The notes under the pieces are model-generated. The model saw nothing but the letters and a program-made list of their open reading frames with translations, made no database searches and was not told the DNA's origin. This document shows, piece after piece, positions 19,169 through 27,600 of a stretch of 64,000 nucleotides of DNA. A program made the translations under genes and the position numbers. This DNA is from Candidatus Levyibacteriota bacterium (GTDB lineage: Bacteria; Patescibacteriota; Microgenomatia; Levybacterales; UBA12049): contig JBEKQZ010000002.1 in the NCBI GenBank assembly GCA_049519175.1, positions 70,782 to 134,781 on the forward strand. Direction: 5' to 3'. How positions within the stretch are numbered: the first letter of the stretch is position 1; the number at the start of each line of letters is the position of its first letter.

Positions 19169-20167
19169 ATGAATAAAGTATTAAGTATTAAGTATAGAAA
19201 AATTTTCGGCTTATTCATGGTCGTTATACTTACTATTGGCTACTTAATACTAAATACTGCACAGCCGGCGCTCGCCCAAGAAACAACCAGAACCGTCACC
19301 ATTTCTTACCCGACCATCGCTCAAAAACTTGACGCTGGCGGCCAGGCAGAAGGCATCACTAAAGTTACCAACAGAAGCGATACGACTCTAACTTTTAAAT
19401 TAGGCGTCCAGGATTTTATCGTTACTGATACCATTGGCACTCCTGAGTTTTTGCCACCGGGAACGTTGAATGATAAATATTCCGCCGCGGCTTGGATCGG
19501 AGCTACTCCCGATACTTTTACTTTAAAACCCGGAGATTCACAAACCATAAACTATTATATCCAAGTACCTCAAAATGCCAGACCGGGCGGACATTACGCC
19601 GCGCTTGTTTATTCGCCGGTCGTGGACAAAACCGTCAGCGGTTCCGGCAGCACCATTAACTCACAGCTTGGCTCTCTTTTTTACATCACCATCAACGGTC
19701 CGATTCACGAGCAAGCATTGGTCAGCAAGTTTTTCGCCAACCCTTTCCAGGAATATGGCCCGGTCAATGTTTTGACCCAACTTAAAAATCTCGGCGATTT
19801 ACACATCACGCCGCAAGGCACTATTACTGTCACCGGTTTATTCTTTAATCAGACCCAAAACTTGCCGACCCATAACATTTTTCCGGAAGCAGCCAGAGAT
19901 TTTAGCAATACTTTTGGACAGAGTCTGATGATTGGACCGTATAAAGCGGTACTCTTAGCCAGTTACGGCACTAATAATAATCTTCCGCTGATGGCGACCG
20001 TTTCTTTCTGGGTTTTCCCGTGGAGAATAACGCTGGTAATTGTGCTTGCGATAGTCGCTTTGATTCTCGGCGCATTATATCTTAAGAAAAGGAAAAAAGA
20101 CGACTCTAAAAAACCTCAAGAAGCCGAAGTTGAACCTGTAGCTACTCCAACCGAACAAGTGAAATAG
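19169..20167 (+). CDS. DUF916-like cell-surface protein (paralogue of 16644..17618)
   Basis: Nearly identical signal peptide MNKVLSIKYRKIFGLFMVVILTIGYLILNTAQPALA. C-terminal TM followed by KKRKKDDSKK. Confidence 0.55.
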   Translation: MNKVLSIKYRKIFGLFMVVILTIGYLILNTAQPALAQETTRTVTISYPTIAQKLDAGGQAEGITKVTNRSDTTLTFKLGVQDFIVTDTIGTPEFLPPGTLNDKYSAAAWIGATPDTFTLKPGDSQTINYYIQVPQNARPGGHYAALVYSPVVDKTVSGSGSTINSQLGSLFYITINGPIHEQALVSKFFANPFQEYGPVNVLTQLKNLGDLHITPQGTITVTGLFFNQTQNLPTHNIFPEAARDFSNTFGQSLMIGPYKAVLLASYGTNNNLPLMATVSFWVFPWRITLVIVLAIVALILGALYLKKRKKDDSKKPQEAEVEPVATPTEQVK

Positions 20168-20188
20168 CCTCTGGAGTTTCGACTTTGA

Positions 20189-21046
20189 CTAGTATCCCAT
20201 CCACCAACTGTGGTGCAACGGACGCTTCTTAAGAGGATTGACGAATCGCCTTCCCCACAATTTTCTGATCAGTATAATAATCAGGATAACGATTGGTATG
20301 ACAAGCCAAAGTGGATTCCAAAGCCAGTTCTTTAGAAAACGCAGCAGCTGCTCCCACCAATTATTCACCAAATTCGTCACTTGCTTTGGCTTAGAAATAG
20401 ATGTCAGTTGTAATTTTTTTGTCGGGCTTAAAGACTGTTTTTGTTTATATTCTGCCGTGGCGTACAAACTGTAGTTGCCGGCTTTCAGATTTTTTAAAGC
20501 AAACTCATAATAGCCAGTCGAGTCGGCATAAGTGGTAAGCAATTCCCCATTGACGTGCAAAGTGACTTCGGCTTTGGGCATAGTGTAACCAAAAGCCGTG
20601 GCGCTGCCGCCTTCATTAACGGTTGTTCTGGACAATCCTAAAGTCGGCGGAAGAAAAATGTCTTTCATAGTGACGGAAGCGGTTGCAGGCGGAATCGTAA
20701 AACACGTATAAGATTCGCCTATTCTTTTAAAATCTATCGCATCTAGGCAAAAGCCGGAGAAACCCTGTTTGATTAAAACTTGGTTAATTGTAAAGTCGCC
20801 CTGGGCGTCCGCGGTTGTTCCAATCATAAAAACTCCATTTGAAGTTAAAACAACCGAAGCGAAAGGCGAAATATAGCCGGACAAATTTAAATAGAATTGC
20901 CCCACCGAAGCCTGCACTGCAGTATGTAAAGATCCTGGTGGAATTGAAGACACCTGCGCCAAAGACTGAGAGCTTGGAATGATAAAAAATGCAATTGAAA
21001 TTAAAACAATCAGTAGTAATCTCTTCATTACTGATATTATGCTCAA
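20189..21046 (-). CDS. secreted protein with a C-terminal membrane anchor
   Basis: Signal peptide MKRLLLIVLISIAFFIIPSSQSLA. C-terminal TM LWLVIPIVILIIILI followed by RKLWGRR. Confidence 0.5.
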   Translation of the reverse strand: MSIISVMKRLLLIVLISIAFFIIPSSQSLAQVSSIPPGSLHTAVQASVGQFYLNLSGYISPFASVVLTSNGVFMIGTTADAQGDFTINQVLIKQGFSGFCLDAIDFKRIGESYTCFTIPPATASVTMKDIFLPPTLGLSRTTVNEGGSATAFGYTMPKAEVTLHVNGELLTTYADSTGYYEFALKNLKAGNYSLYATAEYKQKQSLSPTKKLQLTSISKPKQVTNLVNNWWEQLLRFLKNWLWNPLWLVIPIVILIIILIRKLWGRRFVNPLKKRPLHHSWWMGY

Positions 21047-21614
21047 AATCTAGCATATATTGCAAGCGAAAAACTATTTTACTATCAAATCTAAATGGCT
21101 TAAGCATTGAAGACTGCTTGAAAACTAACAAAACGTTGTTATATCAATCCAAATATACATTTTTTGTTAGATATCACTTCGACCCTCTAACTGCTAAAAA
21201 ACGACTAAATAATTCTATTGTTTAGCAATTCTTGTTAAGAAAATATATTTCCTTAATGTGTTTTTGCTGCAGAGAACTGACTACCATACCTTAACGCATC
21301 ACTAACAAATATAGGCCTTCTGATATATATTGATGTTTAATGATAGCTTAATTTAGGCAAAATTTAAAACCTTTTGTGCGTTAAAACAAAATAATTAGTC
21401 AGATTTTTCACAATTTTCCCAGAAAATCTACAATGATATAAAATACTACTTACCGCATCATATAAAAATACTCTAGGGCCTTGACAGCAATTTTCAAAAT
21501 TCTTTATTCTAATAGTATGTTAAGTTTTTTTCTTTTAAAGCCATATAAACAGTATAATCCGTATAATCTTGAAGCTAAACAGCTGTCCACCGAGAAAGTG
21601 GCTCGGTAATCAAA

Positions 21615-24600
21615 ATGGATTTATTAAATTTATTCAAAACCTATTTATTTTCACAGGAAGATAAATCTAGTAAGGTTACGGTTAAAAATTATTTATCGGA
21701 TATCAACCATTTCATCCACTGGTATGAAAACACTTTTACCAAAAGCTTTAATCCGAAAGAAATCTCCAGCTTAACTTTAAACGATTATCGAGCCAGTTGT
21801 TCTCAAGCGTTTTCCCCTAGTTCACTAGAACGACATTTTTCATCGCTTCGCAAGTTTTTTAAGTTCTTGCTGATTGAAAGCAAAATTTCCTTAAATCCAT
21901 TTGAAATTAAGAATTTAAAACTAGAAGCACAGCATGATCCGTGGCACATTAAAGATTTTAAAGATTTTCTCTATGTTAGCAACGCTTCGCATTTGACAAT
22001 CAAAAATTATTTAATTGATATTAAACAATTCATTACTTGGGTACAGGCAGTAACTGAATCAAATAATGTTTTGGGGGATATTGATTCGAAACTGATTGAA
22101 GAATATAAACAAAGACTGCTGGAGCAGGGAGATTTTTCGCCGGCGACGATTAACCGCAAGCTATCTTCGCTTCGCAAATATCTTGCCTGGGTACAAGCTA
22201 AAGGATTAGTCAGTCTGCAGCCATCAATTTCCAATTTCCAATTTCCAATTTCCAATCAATTGAGCAATGAGGCAATTGAACAACCTATCAACCAACAGCC
22301 AGCCGAAAGGAAGTACTCAGCTTTCCCTCCTTTTAGAATAGCTCAGAAGATATCAAATGCATTCATTTTTGCCTTAGACAGTGGTCTAATTATCTATTTG
22401 GCAAAACTGGTAGACCGAATTGAATACGCGCTTTGGAAAACCAAAGGCCAACCGGTTTTTGCTAAACTCAAAACGCAAAACGTAAAATTCAAAAATCTGA
22501 CTTCGAACTTCCAAATTCTAAATCCAGCGTCCAGCGTCCAGCGTCCAGCGTCCGTGAAAAACTTACCGAAATCTTTCTATGCCCCGCTGGAAATCTCTAC
22601 CAAATTTTTTCCGTGGTATAAAAAGGCTTGGATAACTGCCAGATATTCCCGACCAAAGTGGTATAAAACATATCATTCCTATCCAATTGTCCATTATTTA
22701 CACTTTGCGGTTTTGATTATCTTTTTAATCGCTATTAGCTTTGGTTTTTATAACGTGTTTTTTCAAAAAGGTAATCAATCACCAACTTTGGCTGCTAGCC
22801 CGGTTGCGCCGCTAAGAATTTTATCTTTTCAAGGAAGATTAACGGATAACAATGACAACCCAATTACGACACCAACCAACCTCCGTTTTGGCATTTATAC
22901 CAGCTCAAGTGCCACCGACTCTGCCAGCACCGCTATTTTCCCCTGGCAGGAAGTCGACACTGTTTCGCCCGACCAGGATGGAATTTTTAATGCCATCTTA
23001 GGCAACAACTCCCCAATTCCATCCACACTTTTTACGCAAAACAACGCGCTTTGGCTGGGTGTAACCGTTGGCACGACGCCGGAATTAACGCCCCGACAGC
23101 AACTGGCAACTGTTGCTTTTGCCACCAACGCCGAAACCTTGCAAGGAATGGTTCCAACCACTTCCAACCCAGCCGCCTATACCAACACGGTTTTAGCGCT
23201 TGACGGAACTGCCAGCTCGCCTACTCTAACCATTGGCGGACTTGTCGGCGCAACTTTTCAGGCCACCGGCGGACAATTTCAAATCTTAGGGACGCCGCTT
23301 TTGCTTGGCACGACTAATGGGTCTGGCGGAAACGTCATCATCGCGCCCGACGGCGCAGGATTGATTGACTTACAAAAACCGCTCGTTAATACTACAAACA
23401 ATAACAATTTGGCCGGCGCCGCGGGCGCAGTTGAAGTTGATGACACCTTTGGCATTTTAGCTACTAGCTCTGCCACGGCTTTTGTGCTTAACCAAAATGG
23501 CGCCGGAGATTTAATGGCGGCTTCCGCCTCCGGAATAACTAAGTTTAGAATTGCTAATACCGGACAAATTATTGCTCCCTATTACAATAGTTGCACTTTA
23601 AAAACTGACAGTAGTGGAAATATTACTTGTGGAAGCGCTGGCGGAGCGCAATTTTGGCAAGAATTATCCGGCGCTTTGTCCCCTTCCAATCTCGGTGACG
23701 ACGTTTTGCTTGGCAGTTCCAGCACTGCATCTGCCAAATTTGCTTTCACCGGCTTAATGGGAACCCAAACTCAAGCTTCATTTTCGGGACAGCTGATAGT
23801 GATGTCTGACAACGGTTATGGTGGCAATGTCGGCATCGGGACGACTACTCCTTCGGTCGCCTTGGATGTTGCCGGCGCCGGCAAATTCTCTTCCAACCTG
23901 ACCGCTTCCACCGGTAATATTTCTTTAGCTAATACTTCCGGCAATACTACCATCGGCAACGGCTCCGGAACACTGGCTTTATCATCTTCCGCTTTTAACG
24001 TCACGACCGGCGGAGCCGTCTCTGGAGTCACCACTCTATCTATGAATAATCAGCTGAGTAACTCCTACGCTAACACAGCTGCTATCAATTTAACCGGTAA
24101 TGCGGCTGGCATCACTTTCGGCGGCAGCGGAGCTAATCAAATCATCACCGGCGGAACCAATAATCTGGCGCTAATGCCGGGCGGCAACGTCGGTGTTAAT
24201 ACCACTTCTCCGTTAGCGCCCCTGGATGTTCGAGGAAATTCCAGTACTACCGCTGTTGCATCGGTTTCCGGTCAAACTTCCTTTGCCGCATTAGTCGCTA
24301 ACAACAACGGCGTTGGCGATTTATTCACCGCTTCTGCTTCGGGTTGGACCAGGTTTAGAATTACCAGCGCGGGCACAGTTTTACCCGGAGCGACAAATGC
24401 TCAAGATATTGGTTCAAGTTCTTTGCAATGGAACAATATTTACGCCAATAATTATTACCTTAATGGAGTTCCTCTAACTTTTGGCGGTTACTGGCAAAGA
24501 ACCGCCGGCAATCTTTCACCCGTCAATACCAATGACACTTTAGCTGCGACTTCTTCGGCCGCAACTGTAGCAACGTTTACCAGCAATAACCCAACCGGCA

Positions 24601-27600
24601 CACTGACTAACAATACTTTAATCCAACAGACCGGTGGCGGGACCGTTACCAATCTTTTGAATTTAACCCAAAGTGCCGGGGCAGTGACTAACGGCATCAC
24701 TTTTTCCGGAACGTTTACCAGCTTAATTAATGATTCGACTGTTTTTAACATTAGTAACAGCGGGGCAGTTAGTGGAGCATCACTGTTACTTAATGATACT
24801 GCCGGCACTAATACAACTGGCATTGGCACCGGCACCACCACCGGACAAGTCACTATCGGCGGCGGTTCGGGAACAGCGGCGGTTAACACCACTAGCTGGA
24901 AAGTGACCTCAGCTGGAGCTGTCTCCGGCTTAACCGACTTGACAGCTTCCGGAACTATCACTTTCTCTGGTTTCAGCAACAGTGATGGAGTAATTTACGC
25001 TAGCTCAGGAGTGCTTTACCAAACAGCGGCCGAGACATCATCGAGTAAATGTTTGGTCGGCGGCGCTACTGCTCCCGCCTGGGCTTCCTGCTCTACCGCA
25101 GCCAGCAATTACTGGCAAAGGACCGCCGGCAATCTTTCACCTGCCACTACCAATGACACTTTAGCTGCGACTAGCTCTGCCGCAACGGTAGCAACCTTTA
25201 CTACTAATAATCCAACCGGCACTTTAACCAACAATACTTTAATCCAACAGACCGGCGCCGGGACCGTCACCAATCTTTTGAATTTAACCCAAAGTAGCGG
25301 AACTGTTACTAACGCCCTGTCTATCAGCGGGACATTCGCTACCGATTTAATCAGCTCACCGACTCTGGTAGTTACTAATGCCGGCGCTGCTTCCGGCTTA
25401 ACCGGCTTATCTTCTTCCGGAACCATCATTTTCTCCGCTTTCAGCAACAGTGGTGGAGTAATTTACGCTAACGCAGGCGCTCTTGCCCAAACAGCTGCCG
25501 GTACCTCTAGTCAATGTTTGGTTGGCGGCGCTTCTGCTCCCACCTGGGCTTCGTGTTCAGCAGTTTCAAACAACTACTGGAGTTTAGTTAATGGTTATGG
25601 AGCTTCCAACGGTGGGTATATCACGCCCATCAACTCCACCGCTGACTTTTTACTCGGCGGGCAATCCACCGCGTCGGCTAAATTTGCAATCTTGAACCTG
25701 AATAGTGGAACACCGACAGCTACCATCGCCGGCAATTTAATAGTAATGCCCTACACCAGCGGCAGCAACGAATCTGGTGGCGGCATACAACTCGGTTCCA
25801 CCATCAATAGCAACAATGTTTTAAATACAGTAGCTCAAGGTGGTGGACCCAGCGGAAACCTGTATTGGGGAAATACACAATTGCTTGATTCAGCCAATCT
25901 CGGTAGTTTCGGAGCATCGTCGGTCAGTAATTCCGACGGAACTTTAACTATCTCCCCGACTACCGGAGCAGTTGTCGCTTCGCTTAACTTATCCCATGCC
26001 AATTCCTGGAGCGGCGCGCAGACTTTTACCGCCAGCACCAACTTCCCCAGCGGCATTTGGAACACCAGCGGAAACGTTGGCATCGGCATCATTTCTCCTT
26101 TGACGGCTCTTGATGTGCGGGGAAATTCCGGCACCACAGCGGTGGCTTCTGTATCGGGACAGACTTCCTTTGCTGCCTTGGTCGTCAATAACAACGGCGT
26201 TGGCGATTTATTCACCGCTTCTGCCAGCGGCTGGACCAGGTTTACGGTTTCCAACACCGGCGCCTTAACGTCAGCCGCTTACACTGGACAAAACGGAATA
26301 CTGTATGGCACCCAGACAACAGGCGTTATTACTCAAGCCACAACTGCCTCTACTGGCCTTTGCTTAATCTCCGGAGCTTCATCTCCAACCTGGTCTTCCT
26401 GCTCTACCGCGGCCAGCAACTATTGGCAATTGGCCGGAAATGCCATCTCGCCAAATACAACAAGTTATGATTTACTGATTGGTTCTGCATCTACCTCTTC
26501 GGCCGCTTTTGCTTTCACCGGACTCATGGGTAGTCAAACCCAAGCTTCTTTCAGTGGACAGTTTGTCGTGATGCCCAATAATGGTTACGGAGGGAATGCT
26601 TCCATTTCGGGAAATTTAACTATCGGTGCGCTGGGAACCAGCTCTTTACAAACTACCAGCGATCAGACTCTAACTATTGGCGGAAATACCACCGGCAACA
26701 TTACACTTTCCCCCTACAATGGCTCTAACGGAATCATCAATCTTAATGCTCCGACCATCAATACCAATGCTACCACCCTGGCTCTGGTTAACACCACTGC
26801 TCTCACTGTGAATTTTGCCGGTGCTGCCACTGCCTTGAACATGGGAGCTCCCACCGGCAGCGCATCCTTGTCGGCAACACTAGTTCTGGGAGGAACTACC
26901 AGCTCTACCATTGAACCGGGCAACGGCACTTTAAACTTTGGCTACAAATCCGGAGCTAACACTTGGGGAACAGCGATGACAATACGGGACAATACCGGTT
27001 ATGTGGGCATCGGCACAACCAGTCCCGGCGCAACGCTTGATGTCAGCGGTAATTCGGGAACAAAAGCGTTTGCCAATTTTTCGGGAAATACTTCTTTTGC
27101 CGGAGTAACAATTAACAACTCCGGCTCCGGTGACTTAATTGCTGCCTCTGCTTCGGGGACAACTGAATTCAAAGTCGATAATAGCGGCGATGTTTACGGC
27201 AGAGTTTGGAAAGATTTGGACAACACTGCTTATTATATGGATTTAAACACCACCGGCTATTCACTTTTAACCGCCGGTTCTGTCGGAATCGGAACAACAA
27301 GTCCAGGAGCACCGTTAGAAATATCCAACGGAACTCAGGCTAAAATTAATCTTACTAAGACTGGCACAACTGCAGGAACTGCGGCAATATATAACGATGG
27401 CAATCTACACATTACCGGTAGTAACGGAGGCAGTAATAATAGTGTATGGATTGATACAGACTCATCTAGCGGATCGTACTCTGTACATATAAATGCAAAC
27501 AGTACGGGAAGCAAAACGCTTTTACAGGAGGCTGGCGGCAATGTCGGAATTGGGACGACAACACCACAAGCAAGTTTAGATATTGCAAATGGTACAAGCC

